From contig CAVRWT010000003.1 in the NCBI GenBank assembly GCA_963724825.1, positions 183,807 to 247,806 of the forward strand: a stretch of DNA of 64,000 nucleotides, given 5' to 3'. Every line of letters starts with the position of its first letter. The first letter of the stretch is position 1. The stretch is from an uncultured Acidobacteriota bacterium. Lineage in GTDB: Bacteria > Actinomycetota > Acidimicrobiia > Spongiisociales > ZC4RG35. Positions 39,100 through 52,079 of this stretch are shown here, in pieces. The position numbers and the translations under genes were made by a program. The notes under the pieces were generated by a model. It was not told the origin of the DNA. It saw only the letters and a program-made list of their open reading frames with translations, and made no database searches.

Positions 39100-42025
39100 G
39101 TGGGGCTTCTCCAAACAACGGGCATGGGAGACAAATCAATGGGCAGCCGGATCGCTCCGGATGGGGGCACGCGTTTCTTCGTTTCGCTACTAGTCATCGC
39201 ACTGGTGGCATCAATGGTCCAATTCGTGGCGGTGGCACCGGCCTCCGCAGTGGCCGGAGATCTCGGCCCAACCATCGTTCCTGGGACCAGCACCGCTGCC
39301 CTTGAAGACGAGGACGGGCAATGGGATACCAAGAACCAACACCGTTCCTGGTTCGTGGAGAACCGCTGGGACGCCATTCTCCCGATGAAGTCCGTCGCCA
39401 ACGGCGGGGTTGCCTCCGTCGAATCGGCATGGTGGATAGTGAGAAGGCGATCCCCGAAGCCTTCGGGAATCAACCGATCACCACCGGCGGCGCTGAGGTC
39501 AGCGCCGCCCCCACCCACCGCCCGGACGTCTTCTGGGACGACACCGCAAACACTCTCTACATTCTTATGAGCGGCGCCGCCACCACCACCCTCTACGTCT
39601 ACACCTACGACGACGGTACCGACACCTACACCTTCTCCCACAGCTCCGACGTCCCCGATTTCGAGGCGTCCAACTCCCGGGCCGCGATCTTCAAGGACAG
39701 CAACGGCGACCTCTGGGCATCGAAGATGGATGGTGGCGGCCTTGACGTCAGTCGCTCCGGTGACAACGGGGTGTCCTGGTTGACGCCAGTCACCCTGACC
39801 TTGCCGGTGGACGAGGGTCAGACCGCGATCACCGAGGTTGGCGGCACCCTGGCCGTAGCCGCTGCCGAGAACGGAGATGGGCTCGACGTCGCCGAGGCCG
39901 GCCGCTTCTCCAAATACCTCTTCTACACCCTGCCGCTGGCTCAGGCCGCCAACTTTGCCAATGTCATCTACGGGACCGGGACCCTCACATTTACCGGTGT
40001 CGTCACGCCCGGTGAGACCGTGACCATCGGCTCTCGCACCTACCAGTTCGTCGCCACCATGGTCGGGGCGGTCGAGAACGACGTCCTAATCGGGGGCAAC
40101 GCTCGAGCGAATCTGGCGTTGGCGATCAACCACGAGGGAACGCCCGGACTGCAGTACCACGCCGACACCGAAGCCCATCCCGACGTGTTCGCCGAGGACA
40201 CGGGGACACTGCTCCTCACCGCCAAGGCGTCGGGCACGGAGGGGAACGTCGCTACCACAGAGACCATGGTCAATGGCGCTTTCGGGGCGGCGACCCTCAC
40301 CGGCGGCGCCTCGACATGGACTCGAGAGAACGTCCCCCTCGCCCAGATCGGTGTCGACCCCGACCAACGTGGCCGTGTATCACGCTGATGACGAGATCAG
40401 TCTGGTGCGGAGCGACCGACATCTACATAGCCACCGAGACCTCACGCACTTGCACCGGAGCCGGCTGTGGCAACTCGGGGTACTTCACGTCAAACCCACA
40501 GGTGATCCTGTACAAGCGGACCTCGGCGGGGGTGTGGACTCAGCACAACGTGAAGCTGGATCAAGCCAGCTCGACGCTGGACCGCAAGCGTCCGGTAGTG
40601 ACCATTCTCGACACCAACCTCTACATCTTCTCGATCGACAACAACCGGACCAACAGCGCCTACTGGGTCAGATCACTCACCACCGCCCTTCCCACGGGGT
40701 CATGGGGAGGGACCAACGGGTTCGCCTTCAACACTCAGTTCGAATCGTTTCCGAAACAACATCCTCCCCCGGGACCCGGTGACTACCGCTCAGCGGCTCC
40801 CGGTCCTGATCGACTGGGCCAACGAGGATCCGAGTCAGGACGCCACCATTTGGCAAACCAGCTTCCCCAACTCGGGCAACCAGGTGCCCGGCGTGTTCGC
40901 CGGTGAGGACAAGACGGTCAACCTGACACCGGCCACCAGTCTCGGCGGTGTTGTCACCAACGACGGCTGGGCGGTGCGGTGACCTCGCAATGGACTGTGG
41001 TCTCCGTTCCTCCCACAGGATCGGCAATCATCACCAACCCGGCGAGCCCGACCTCGACCGTGTCCTTCACCCTGAGCGGGGTATACGTGTTGCGTCTCAC
41101 GGCGACCGAGACCGTGGCGAACACGCTGACCAACTCCGACGACGTGACGATCAACGTGACCGGGATCAACAACACCCCACCGACAGTCTCGGTGGCCGAG
41201 CCTGACAACGGCGACAGCGCCACGCCGGGCTCGGTGGTGTTGTTCCAGGCCACAGCCAGCGACCCCCAGGATGGTGATATCTTCAGGTGCCATCGTGTGG
41301 ACCTCGAGTCGCGACGGAGTCATCGGGTTCGGTGGATCCTTCGCCGAAGACCAATCTCAGCACCGGAGTCCACGTCATCAAGGCCACCGTCTCCGATGGT
41401 GAGTTCTCGGTGTCCTCGCCGAACATATCCCTGACCATTGGGACCGGTGGCGGCGGAGGAGGTGGCGGTGGTGGCACGCCGGACAACCCGTTCATCGACG
41501 ATGACGGCAACGTGTTCGAGAACGCCATCGAATGGCTTTATGCGCAGGGGATCACCCAGGGATGCAACCCTCCCACCAACAACAGGTTCTGCCCCAACGA
41601 CTTCGTGACCCGGGGACAGATGGCCGCCTTCCTGGTTCGAGCCCTGCACTACACGGCAGGGGGCAACACCAATTACTTCGTCGATGACAACGGGAACGTC
41701 TTCGAAGGCGCGATCAACAAGCTGCGCACCGCGGGCGTGACCCTGGGCTGCAACCCCCCGACCAACAACCGGTACTGCCCCAACGACTTCGTGACCCGGG
41801 GACAGATGGCCGCCTTCCTGGTCCGGGCCTTTGGCTACTCGGCCGGTGGGAGCACCAACTACTTCATCGATGACAACGGAAGCGTGTTCGAGACCGCCAT
41901 CAACCGGTTGCGCACCGCGAGTAACCCAGGGCTGCAACCCGCCAGCCAACAACCGGTACTGCCCCACTGCCAATGTCACCAGGGGCCAGATGGCCGCCTT
42001 CCTGAAGCGGGCACTCGGTGGTTAG
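39100..42025 (+). pseudogene. Large secreted surface protein: signal peptide, BNR/sialidase-like repeats, PKD/Ig-like domains, poly-Gly linker, three Cys-containing SLH-like repeats; at least five frameshifts
   Basis: Signal 'FFVSLLVIALVASMVQFVAVAPASA'. BNR motif 'SRSGDNGVSW'. Ig-like 'TINVTGINNTPPTVSVAEPDNGD'. 'GGGGGGGGGG' linker. SLH-like 'VFENAIEWLYAQGITQGCNPPTNNRFCPNDFVTRGQMAAFLVRAL' x3. Fragments are in ORFs 39100, 39321, 40316, 40779, 40979, 41287 and 41831. Confidence 0.6.
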
Positions 42026-42080
42026 AGCTCGGATCTGATCATCGAGTGCCCGTACACGGGCTAGAGAGGGGAAACAGGGG

Positions 42081-44413
42081 ATGTTTGGGAGGATGAGGCG
42101 GCGGCTGACGCTGGTCGGGTTGGCGTGTTCATTGGTGGTGACCGGAGCGCTCCCCGGTGGCCTCGGGATTGCACTGGCGATCGACGATCCGGCCGATTTG
42201 GTGCAGGTGGTCGACACCACGACTGCTTTCACTCCGAGTTCGCCCGGGCCGGCGGATGGCGTGTCGACCGGCACATGACGGCTTGAACGCAAGCCTGATC
42301 GTGGTCGACTCCGATACGACCACCCGGGGACCTTCTTCGTTCGACCTCACCACCGGTCTCATCCGCTACACCAGCGACCCCGCTCTTGGCGGGGTCAACC
42401 ATGACGCCACAGGGTGTCGCCTATGACAGTGCGAGCGGGACTCTGTTCATTTCCAGCGGCAGCAGTTCGACGTCTTCCTTTTCCACGCCGGGACAGATCG
42501 AAGATTCGACACCGGCGACGACAGCGCCGTGACCCAGATCAAGTCGGCAGTGACACGGAGGACCCGGCCTTCAATCCCGACAATGGTCATCTCTGGTTCT
42601 GGACGGTGAGACCGGAACCGTTCTATGACATCGACCCCGTCGTGAACGGATTTGGTGATCTAGACGACACGATCACTCCGTTTTCCATACCTCAGGATGA
42701 CGACGGCAACCTTCCCGGGACTGGGAAGGGCTTGCCTACGACCCGGTCAGTCACAACCTGATCGCCGGCGCCAAGTTCAACAACCAAATCATCTTCGAGT
42801 TCACCACCGCCGGGGTCTACGTCCAGCAACACGACACCTCGAGCCTCGGCGATCTGCAACAGATATCGGGTCTCGGCGCCCAACCCGAAACCGACCCGTA
42901 CCCGGTCACGTACTGGATCGCCGACCGAGGGGTCGAGGGCTCTGTTCAAGATGGCAAGCTCTTTCGAGTCACCTTTGGCCCAGCTCCGGTCCTGCCCCCG
43001 GCCCCGCCGGTGCTGACAACGATTCCCCCGATCCCGGCAGTCAACGAGGGGACACTGGTCACTTTCGACGCCAACGCCACCGACCCGAACATCGCTGACA
43101 CGTTGACCTTCTCCATCCATCCCACGCTCCCGGGGTCACCCCCCGGCGCGACGATCAACGCCACCACCGGAGTGTTCACCTGGACCCCGACCGAGGCCCA
43201 AGGGCCTGGGTCCGGCGCCTACATAATCAGAGTGGTCGTCAGCGATGGCGCCGAGACGGACTTCCAGGATGTGTCGATCACTGTCAACGAGGTCAACTCG
43301 CCGCCGGTGATCACCGGCGGCCCCTTCACTCCACTCCACGGTGAGGGGGAGGCAGTCACCTTTGACATGCACGGCACCGACTCCGATCTCCCGGCACAAA
43401 CCAAGACCTGGAGCGCCACTGGGCTGCCTCCAGGGCTGGGGATCAACACTGCCACCGGGCGGATCTCGGGAACCGTGAGTGCCGGCGCCACTTCTGGTTC
43501 GCCGTACTCGGTGCAGGTCACGCTCTCCGATGGAATCGCCCAGGACATCGAGAACTTCGATTGGACGATCCAGAACACCAATCCACACGCCCCAGTGTTG
43601 AACCCCATCAGCAACAAGACCATCACCCAGGGTTCGGCGTTGACCTTGAAAGCGACCGCCAGCGATGCGGATAGTGGCCAGACTCTGACGTTCTCGCTGG
43701 TGAACCCACCCGGCGGGGCCACCATCTCGAGCAACGGCAATTTCAGCTGGACTCCAAGTCAGGCCGGCAACTACCAGGTGACAGTGAAGGTGACCGACAA
43801 CGGAAGTCCGGCCCGGAGCGACAGCAGGACATTCACGGTGACCGTTCAGGCCCAGCCTCCAGTGAATATCAACCCGTTCGTCGATGACGACGGAAGCGTT
43901 TTCGAGAACTCGATCGAGTGGCTCGACTCCCAGGGAATTACCTCTGGATGCAACCCCCCAATGAATGATCGCTTCTGCCCCGATGACTACGTGACCAGGG
44001 GCCAGATGGCCGCCTTCCTGGTCCGGGCACTCCACTACAGCGACGGGGGCAACGTCAACTACTTCATCGACGACAACGGTCACGTCTTCGAGAACGCGAT
44101 CAATCGGCTGCGCACCGCTGGGGTGACCCAGGGATGCAACCCACCGACCAACAACCGCTACTGCCCCAATGCTTTCGTCACCCGGGGACAGATGGCAGCG
44201 TTCCTGGTCCGGGCGTTCGAGTACACCGCTGGGGGGAGCACCAACTACTTCATCGATGACAACGGGAACGTGTTCGAATCGGCCATCAACCGATTGAGGA
44301 CAGCCGGGGTCACTCTCGGTTGCAACCCCCCTGTCAATGACCGGTACTGCCCCAATGCCTTGGTCACCCACGGACAGATGGCGGCCTTCCTAAAGCGCGC
44401 CCTCGACGGTTGA
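42081..44413 (+). pseudogene. Secreted surface protein: signal peptide, YjiK/phytase-like beta-propeller region ('WEGLAYDP'), three Ig/cadherin-like domains, three SLH-like repeats; frameshifts confined to 42250-42760
   Basis: Signal 'LTLVGLACSLVVTGALPG' (ORF 42081). The broken N-terminal third is spread over ORFs 42157 and 42414. The intact 467-aa C-terminus (ORF 43010..44413) includes 'FVDDDGSVFENSIEWLDSQGITSGCNPPMNDRFCPDDYVTRGQMAAFLVRAL'. Confidence 0.6.
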
Positions 44414-46112
44414 CATGGGCCGTCGTGTGTAGGCGAGCTTTGGGGGGTGGGTCGGTTCTCGTCGTTCTTCTGGCCGGGCTGCTCCTGCTTGTCGGGACAG
44501 GCGTTGCCTGGGCGGACATCTCCGTTAGCCGATATCTCGAGGTCGAAGCCGATCAATGGGAGGTCTGGGCGCCCGGGCCTTCGGGGGTGGCTCGGAAAGA
44601 CGCGAACACGATGTTCGTGGTCGACACCGACCGCAACAACTACGCGGAATGGGAAGACGACGGGATCAACCTCTGGGAGATCTCCATGACCGGGAGCGTG
44701 ATACGAACCGGGGCACTCTCATTCCGCGAGCCCACCGGCGTCGACTTTGTGCCCGCCACAGGCACCCTGTATGTGTCTTCCGACAGCACGCGGGTGGTGT
44801 GTATGCCATAACCGCAGGTGGTGACGGCAATTTCGGGACCGGAGACGATGTCGAGCACCTCATAGACATAGGGAGCGGTGACGTCGAAGACCCCGTCTAC
44901 GACCCAGTGTCCGGCGACCTCTTTGTACTGAACGGCGGCAACAGCGGAGTGATCTACCGGGTAGACCTGCCTTCTGAAAGTGTGCTTCCCAACCCGATCG
45001 AGCTGTCCGACTACGGGGCCGACTGGGAGGGCCTGGCACTGACCCCTGACGGGAATCTGTTGGCCGGCAACAACTTGGGCCAGGAGATTCATGTCTTCGA
45101 CAAGGCGGGCAACCATCTCCAAGTGATCGACCTTGCGGGGATCAACGACGGCGAATCCGGTGGCGATGAGCTCATTCGCATCTCTGGACTTGGTGTGTCC
45201 ACCCCTGGTGCGGGCGGTACCGGATACGACATCTGGGTCGCCGATCGTCAGGCGACATGCAACTGCGACGAGCCCGACAACATCGACGGACGGGTGTGGC
45301 GGCTCAGCACCGATGGGACACCGCCACCTCCGACTTCCACCTCCTCGTCCTCTTCGTCTTCCTCGTCGTCCTCCTCAAGCAGTAGTTCCTCTTCTAGTTC
45401 CAGCTCCAGCAGCGAGTTCGACCTCCAGTTCGACATCGTCCACGACGTCTTCAACCACATCGAGCACGACCTCGACCACGACCACCACAACGATGCCGAC
45501 CACGACAACCACCAACCCCGGCACGACCACAACTACCACCCAGCCCAGCGGCGGGGGTGGCGGGAGCAACCAGAACCCGTTCACCGATGACAACGGGTCG
45601 GTCTTTGAGAACTCCATCGAGTGGCTGGCGGCCCAAGGGATCACGCAGGGTTGCAACCCACCGGCCAATACCAAGTTCTGCCCCAACGACCAGGTCACCC
45701 GAGGCCAGATGGCGACTTTCCTGGTCCGAGCCCTCGACTACCCGAGCACCAACAACGATTGGTTCATTGATGACCAGGGCATATCTTCGAAGGTGCGATC
45801 AACCGACTCCGTGAGGCCGGTGTGACCCAGGGTTGCAACCCGCCAGACAACAACCGCTTCTGCCCCAACACCTACGTGACACGTGGGCAGATGGCCGCCT
45901 TCATGGTTCGGGCCTTCGGCTATTCAGGTGGAGCCTCGACCAACTACTTCGTCGATGACAACGGCCACATCTTCGAAGGCGCCATCAACCGGCTTCGCAC
46001 CGCCAAAGTGACCCTGGGCTGCAACCCGCCGGCCTACAACCGATACTGTCCCGACGAATACGTCACCAGGGGACAGATGGCGGCCTTTCTGAAACGGGCC
46101 CTGGAGGGCTGA
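44410..46112 (+). pseudogene. Secreted surface protein: signal peptide, YjiK-like propeller ('ADWEGLALTPDG'), poly-Ser/Thr linker, three SLH-like repeats; at least three frameshifts
   Basis: Fragments are in ORFs 44410..44811, 44556..45590, 45133..45825 and 45822..46112. The last junction looks like 'DDQGHIFEGAINRLREAGVTQGCNPP' with one base missing near 45780. Confidence 0.6.
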
Positions 46113-46145
46113 CCACCGGTCGCTGCCACCCGCCAGGAGTCACGC

Positions 46146-47132
46146 TTGGCCAGTCAAGACAAGAACCAGGACCTGCCGACTCTCGGGGTTGTCATACCAA
46201 CCATCGGTCAGCGGCTCGAGCTGAAACGGATGCTGGAGTCAGTCCTCGAACAGACTCGCCCCGTCCACGCGATACGGGTCGTCGTCGACGCGGCGGACAC
46301 CTCGCTCGTCGAAGGCATCGTCTCCCAGCTCAGCGGCCAACTCGGCGCCACGGATATCGAGGTGCTCAGCACCGGTGCCAATCGTGAAGAAGGGGCGTAT
46401 CTGGTCGAAACGGGCTACGGGTATGCGGTCAATCGCGGCCTCGAGCGTCTCGAGACCGATCTTGTCGCCTTCCTCGACGACGACGATGAGATCCGTCCGA
46501 CCCACTTCGCCGGTTTGGAGGCGGCCCTCGATCCCACCGCAGGACGAGGTGTTGCCTACGCCCGGGTACTGATCCGCCCCACCAGCGGCAAGGAAAGATT
46601 GTTTCCCGAAGGCGAAATGCCCGAAGGCAAGATCGGCATCGAGCTTCTCATCGACCCCCAGGCAGTCCTGCTCCCGGCCACGCTCATACACCGCACGGTG
46701 CTCGAGAAGACAGGCCCCCTCGATCAGACACTCGACCGTCTCGCCGACACCGACATGCTGGTCAGGCTGGGTCTCGCCACCCTTATCGCTGCGGTGGACG
46801 ATCCGACGTACGTTTATTACCGGATCTCGCGCAGAGATGTGGTGAGCGAACGGGTGTTGACCGAGAGGTCCCGGCTGCTCCACAAACACCACAACCACCT
46901 CAGCTGGCGTCAACGAGTGATGTTCTGGGACGTGCAGGCCCGGTCAACCCTCCGCTCGGGAATGGAAGAACTGGGCCGTGAGGCCGGACACGAGGTCGTA
47001 TCGGCCTTCTGGCCAAACCCGCCAAGACTCCTGGTCGATTGGTACGTGGCCATCCGTCGCCGCCAGACCCCGAAATTCGTGACCTCAGCCGCCAAAAGAT
47101 TCAACCGGCTTTTCTCGTTGAAAGGCAGATGA
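46146..47132 (+). CDS. Glycosyltransferase family 2, intact
   Basis: 'LGVVIPTIGQR' and the 'FLDDDDE' DxD motif; 328 aa in one frame. Confidence 0.7.
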   Translation: MASQDKNQDLPTLGVVIPTIGQRLELKRMLESVLEQTRPVHAIRVVVDAADTSLVEGIVSQLSGQLGATDIEVLSTGANREEGAYLVETGYGYAVNRGLERLETDLVAFLDDDDEIRPTHFAGLEAALDPTAGRGVAYARVLIRPTSGKERLFPEGEMPEGKIGIELLIDPQAVLLPATLIHRTVLEKTGPLDQTLDRLADTDMLVRLGLATLIAAVDDPTYVYYRISRRDVVSERVLTERSRLLHKHHNHLSWRQRVMFWDVQARSTLRSGMEELGREAGHEVVSAFWPNPPRLLVDWYVAIRRRQTPKFVTSAAKRFNRLFSLKGR

Positions 47133-48087
47133 TCACAAGCCCAACCGACTTCAACGAGCTCCTGGTCGCCCTTCAAGAACAGTTCGCCTGGCCGAGAACA
47201 CGCGGTGGCATACGAGGAAATCTCGACGTGGGAACGTGAGCGCTCGGGATCAATGTTCCACCGCCTACACGGCCTACCTGAAGGTCCCGATGTTGTAGTG
47301 AAAACAGTGCGTAGTTGGACAGCTCTCGAAGCTGAATCCACCTTCGAAGCCATGGTTGACCTGGCGGACACCCTCGATGAGGCAAGGATCGCCGGAGCCG
47401 AAGCGGTGCGACCCTTAGCCTGGTCCGGTGAGCCGCCGACGCTTGTCATGCCCTTTGTTGAAGGAATCGACTTGATTTCCCTCCTCCGCCAACCCGACCA
47501 CCCGGCCTGGCGAAATGAGGTCGCGGTATGGCCGAGATCAGCCGGAGGAATGCTCGCCGCGTACCACACCAGGCATCGCGCTCCCGGGTCTGCCACAGCA
47601 GCAGCCAGCGAAGTCAAAGATCTGGCAAACCGATTCCGGATCGGCCGGACCTTCGACGGGTCGACTGGAGCGACCGACTCGCAGGCTCGTACGGCGACTT
47701 CGGCCCCGGGAACCTCCACGCCTCCGTCGACGGCGATCTCTACCTGCTCGACCCACCCTGACCCCGACTCCGGGCCCCATACACCGTGACCTGGGGAATT
47801 TCATCTTCGAGCTGCGACGCCAACTCGCCGGACGGGGGTTCACTCCGAGCCCTCCGATCCCCGGAAATTTCGAACGGCTGTGCGATTCCTTCCTTCAGGG
47901 CTATTCCGATGCCCGGGGCTCGACCCTCGACGACACCGATCTGGCATTGATCGCGCTCTTCGAGCTGCGGCGCGCCGCCGGCATGGCCCGCAAGCGCTTT
48001 CCCAGGCGTCCCGGCGACGCCCTCTGGTTCGCACGCTCCGCAATGGCGAGCCGGCGTGAGGTGGTGGCGAGTCCAGATCATCCGTAG
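47129..48087 (+). pseudogene. Aminoglycoside-phosphotransferase/protein-kinase-like (APH fold) gene with at least three frameshifts
   Basis: The ATG overlaps the GT2 stop (AGATGA). Fragments 'MITSPTDFNELL', 'AYEEISTWERERSGSMFHRLHGL...VVVKTV', 'YGDFGPGNLHASVDGDLYLLDPP' and 'PIHRDLGNFIFEL...' lie in four frames (ORFs 47039, 47205, 47528, 47515). Confidence 0.55.
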
Positions 48088-48116
48088 AAGGGGGCAATCT
48101 CGGTTTCCAGTGCTCG

Positions 48117-49791
48117 TCACCAAGTAGCTGAAAAGCGGTGCCATCCGCGTTCTGAACCCGGAACACCGACGACCGCATGCCGAGTTCCCAGGTCGAAGTC
48201 CTCGGGCTGTAGGTCACAGTTCACGAAGTCGTAATGCGCCCGGGACGCGCTCCCGTCGTCGTCGGCCACCAGCACCGAACCGAAATCGCAGTTCATGAAT
48301 CGCACCGGCACCTCGGGTTGGGTGGCGTGCTTGTCGATGATCAGCGTGGCTCCGTTACTGGTGACGTTGGTCCAGGTCTGGGTGTCGGCCTCCCCCTGGG
48401 CGCTCTCGCTTCCCAGGGCGTGAGAGATGATGGCCACACCGTTCTCAAGGAGGGTCAGATCGTCGTACTGATAAGAGTTCTCGTAGGCCCCATGCTCGAT
48501 GCCGGCCTTGCCGTTGTAGTACCCGACGAACCCTTGACGGGGTGGATCTCGGAGTTGTTCTGCCAGACAAACACCCCGTTCGAAAGATTGTTGTGACCGA
48601 CGTTGTTCTCGAACTTCCAGACATCCCCGGCGCCTTCTGGCCAAATGAACCCGGAGCTCTCCGAGTCGGGCTCGCCGCGGACACCGACGGCAACCGAGTT
48701 GCTCACGGTCATGTTCGAGCCGTTGCCGAGAAAGAACCCGGCGAGCCGAAACTTGTTGCCTTCGACGCCAAGGTCAACTCCGGCCACGACCGCCCTATCC
48801 CAGATCAGGTCGTCGGTGTCGTTGGTCGGATCGTCCTCCTCAGGCGGGGGGTCCCACCAGTAGGCCTCGTTGAGCACGTTGTAGGCGATCGTGTCGCGGA
48901 AGGTGATGCCGTGGGAGGCATGGGGGACGAAGGCGTGGTTCCCGGCGTCCCGGACCACCACACCTTCCACGATCGATCCCCGACTCCCCTCGCCCGCCAT
49001 GTGGAAATGGAGCCCGTAACGACCGGTCGCGGTCGCTGTCGCCGAAATGTGGGGCCATGTAGCGGAGGGCGACGTAGCGGATGGTCTGGGGCTGGGTGGA
49101 GCGGAGGAAGACGTGGGCTGAAACCCTCCGGTGTCCCTTCGATCCGAACATTGCGGGTCAGGTTCATCAACTCAGTGGGGTAACCCAATTCATTGGGTGG
49201 CGGAGTCGATGTCACTTCCTGGAATACCAAGTAGTCGCCTTGAGTGTTGGGAGCGGCCATCACCTCATCGCCCTGCCACGACGGGTCGTATTCGTAGCCC
49301 CAGGCAGGTTTCTCTTCCCCCTCGAGATCCAACCGACCGTCTCCCATCACCCACAGCCCGACATCTGTAGGCACCGGGTCCATCCCGCCACCGACGAAGG
49401 CCGAGTTGTCGACGCCCTGAAATATCAGTGCGTGCTCGATGTCGCCCGATGCCGGCTTCATCACCAGCTCCCCCAGAACCAACACGTTTCCAGATGCGGT
49501 CAGCGTGATCGACTTGTTGGGGTCGAGCACCCAGGACTCGCCAGCGGGGACCGTGAAACCTTCGGGGTAATCCTGGTCGGCGCTGATCACGACTTGGGTG
49601 AGACCCGCTGTCCCCCCGCTGATCGATGTGGTCGACTGATGATCGTGCGAGGTGGTGGTTGAGCCTTGGACCTCGGTCGTCGATGTCGAAGTCGAATCGA
49701 CCGCTCCCGAGGTGCAACCAACAACCACCATCAGCAAGGCGCCGATGACTGCTCGACCTTGGCGGTGTGACTTCATGTTGCCAAAGCACAC
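48117..49791 (-). pseudogene. Secreted right-handed beta-helix (pectate-lyase-like) protein, paralog of 49773..52079; at least two frameshifts; no SLH-like tail
   Basis: Lipobox 'LLMVVVGCTS'. 'NNVGHNNLSNGVFVWQNN' beta-helix motif. Fragments are in ORFs 48805..49791, 48455..49000 and 48117..48644. Confidence 0.55.
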
Positions 49792-52079
49792 CAGATCGAC
49801 ATCGGGGCGTCATCGGGTGCCGCCACCGACCGCTGGCCGTTGAAAGTGACCGCCAGGGCGTTGCCACCGGATCGCGCCACCAGGGCCGATGACGTTGCAG
49901 AAGCGGTGGAGCTTCCTTCGATGGCCCGTTTGAGGAAGGCAGCCATCTGCCCTCTCGTCACGTAGTTGTCGGGACAGAACCGATTGTTCGTCGGCGGATT
50001 GCACCCCTGGGTGACTCCAGCGGCGCGCAGCCTGTTGATCGCGTTTTCGAAGACGTGACCGTTGTCGTCGACGAAGTAGTTGGTGTTGCCGCCAGCGTCG
50101 TAGCCGAATGCTCGCACCAGGAAGGCCGCCATCTCGCCACGGGTCACTCTGCGATCAGGACAGAACCTGGTGCCTGAGGCGTTGCACCCCTGGGTCACCC
50201 CGGCCGCACGGAGCTTGTTGATCGCTGCTTCGAAAACGTGGCCATTGGTATCGGTGAAGTAGTCGCCGCTGCCTTCACTGCTGTATTTGAGGGCCCGCAC
50301 CAGGAACGCCGCCATCTGTCCCCTGGTCACGTAGTCGTTGGGGCAGAAACGGCTGTTGGCCGGTGGGTTGCAACCCTGGGTGATCCCCTTGGTGGCCAGC
50401 CAATTGATGGCGGCCTCGAAGACGTGCCCGTTGGTGTCCGAGAATCCGCTGCCAGGCACGCTGCCGTTGTAGAAGGCGTTGATGCTGGTGACGGTCCCGT
50501 TCCCCATCAGCCGATAGGCGGTGCCGTTGGAACGCTGGACCCGGAACACCGAATCGGCCCGGGAGCCGGACAGATCGAAGTCGGAAGGCTCCAGCCCGCA
50601 TCGGATGAAGTCGTATTCGCTCGGCTCAGGCCCTCCCGAGTCGTTGACGTCGACCTTGCCCAGGTCGCAATCGACGAATCGCACAGGTCGTTCGGCGTTT
50701 CGGGCGTGCTCATCGATGACCAGGGTCCCACCGTTGGTCTTGATCTTCGACCAGATCTGGGTGTCGGCTCCGGCATCACCAGGCTCGCCCATGGCGTGGG
50801 AATGAATCGCCGCGCCGTTGCCGAGCAAGGTCAGGTTCTTGTAGACGTAGGAGTTGGTGTAGGCACCGTGCTCGACGCCGGCCTGGGCGTTGTAGTAGGC
50901 GACGTAGCCGTCGATCACGTGGGGCATCTCGTTGTTCTGCCAGACGAAGATCCCGTTGGTCTCGTTGTTGTGGGCCCGGTTGTTCTTGAAGGTCCAGGTC
51001 GCCTCGTCGTCCTCAGGCCAGATGTACCCGGAGCGGCTGGCGCCGTCCTCCCGTCTGAGACCGACCACCACCGAGTTGGTGACCGAGACGTTGTCTCCTT
51101 GACCGAGGTAAAAGGCGCCGAGCCGATGAGTGTTGCTCGGGTTGCTGGTGGCCGTCATGATCGCCACCACTGCGCGATCGAAGCTGATGTCGTCGGACGA
51201 CGTGCCCTCATCCCACCAGTAGGCCTCGCCTTTCACGTTGTAGGCGATGGTGTTCTTGAAGGTGATCCCGTTCGACATGTGGGGCACGAAGGCGTGACCC
51301 TTGGTGTCGCGGATGAGCAGACCGTCGACCACGCTCCCACGACTGCCGTTCCCCGCCATGTGGAAATGGATCCCATAACGCCCGGTGATGTCGCTGCTCC
51401 CGAAGTCGGGAGCCATGTAGCGGAAAGCGGCGTTCTTGATCGTCGAGGGGACCGAGGACCTGATGAAGACATGGGTGTAGCCGGTGGTGGTTCCTTCAAC
51501 CCTGACGTTTCGAGTCAGATTGAGCAGTTCGGCGCTGTAGCCGAGGGCGTTCTTGGCCGGGGTCGAGGTGACTGTCGGAAACTGGTGTAGTTGCCGGGCT
51601 TGTTGGGAGCGGCCACGACGGTGTCCCCGGCCCACGAAGACTGATAGGTGTAGGACCAGGCCGGCTTCGACTCCCCCTGGAGGATGATCTTCCCGGCGCC
51701 CATGACCCAGAGCCCGACATCGGTGGCGATCGGGTCCATCCCCCCGCCGACGAAGTTGTTCTCGTTGATCCCGGTGAAGCGAAGGAGGTGAGTGATGCTG
51801 CCGTTGGCCGGCTTCATGATCAGAGTGCCGCGAACGATGATGTTCGCCGCTCGAGGTCACGGTGGTGTTGACGTTCGGGTCGAAGGTGACGGTGGTGCCG
51901 GCGGGGACCGTGTATCCAGCACTGCCCAGGTTGACCGTTCCCGACCAGGTGATCGTCGCCGCTTCGGCTACCGGGGTGTTGGTGGCGAAGTGCACGCCAA
52001 GGACCATCGAAATCGCCCCCAGCATGGCGAGCAACAGGAATCGCACCGGCCAAGCCCGGAAGCGTGGTGAGTCAGTCAT
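49773..52079 (-). pseudogene. Secreted right-handed beta-helix (pectate-lyase-like) protein with three C-terminal SLH-like repeats; two frameshifts near 51600-51830
   Basis: True start 'MTDSPRFRAWPVRFLLLAMLGAISM' within ORF 49773..52628. The segment 'MKPANGSITHLLRFTGINENNFVGGGMDPIATDVGLWVMG' is in another frame (ORF 51515..51817). 'NNRAHNNETNGIFVWQNN'. SLH-like repeats 'GCNPPANSRFCPNDYVTRGQMAAFLVRAL' x3. Confidence 0.6.

Noticed and set aside
41440-41470. ggtggcggcggaggaggtggcggtggtggc repeat, a possible simple-sequence or phase-variation tract
   Set aside because: It encodes an in-frame Gly10 linker between the Ig-like domain and the first SLH-like repeat. It is imperfect at the DNA level, so it is unlikely to be a slippage tract.
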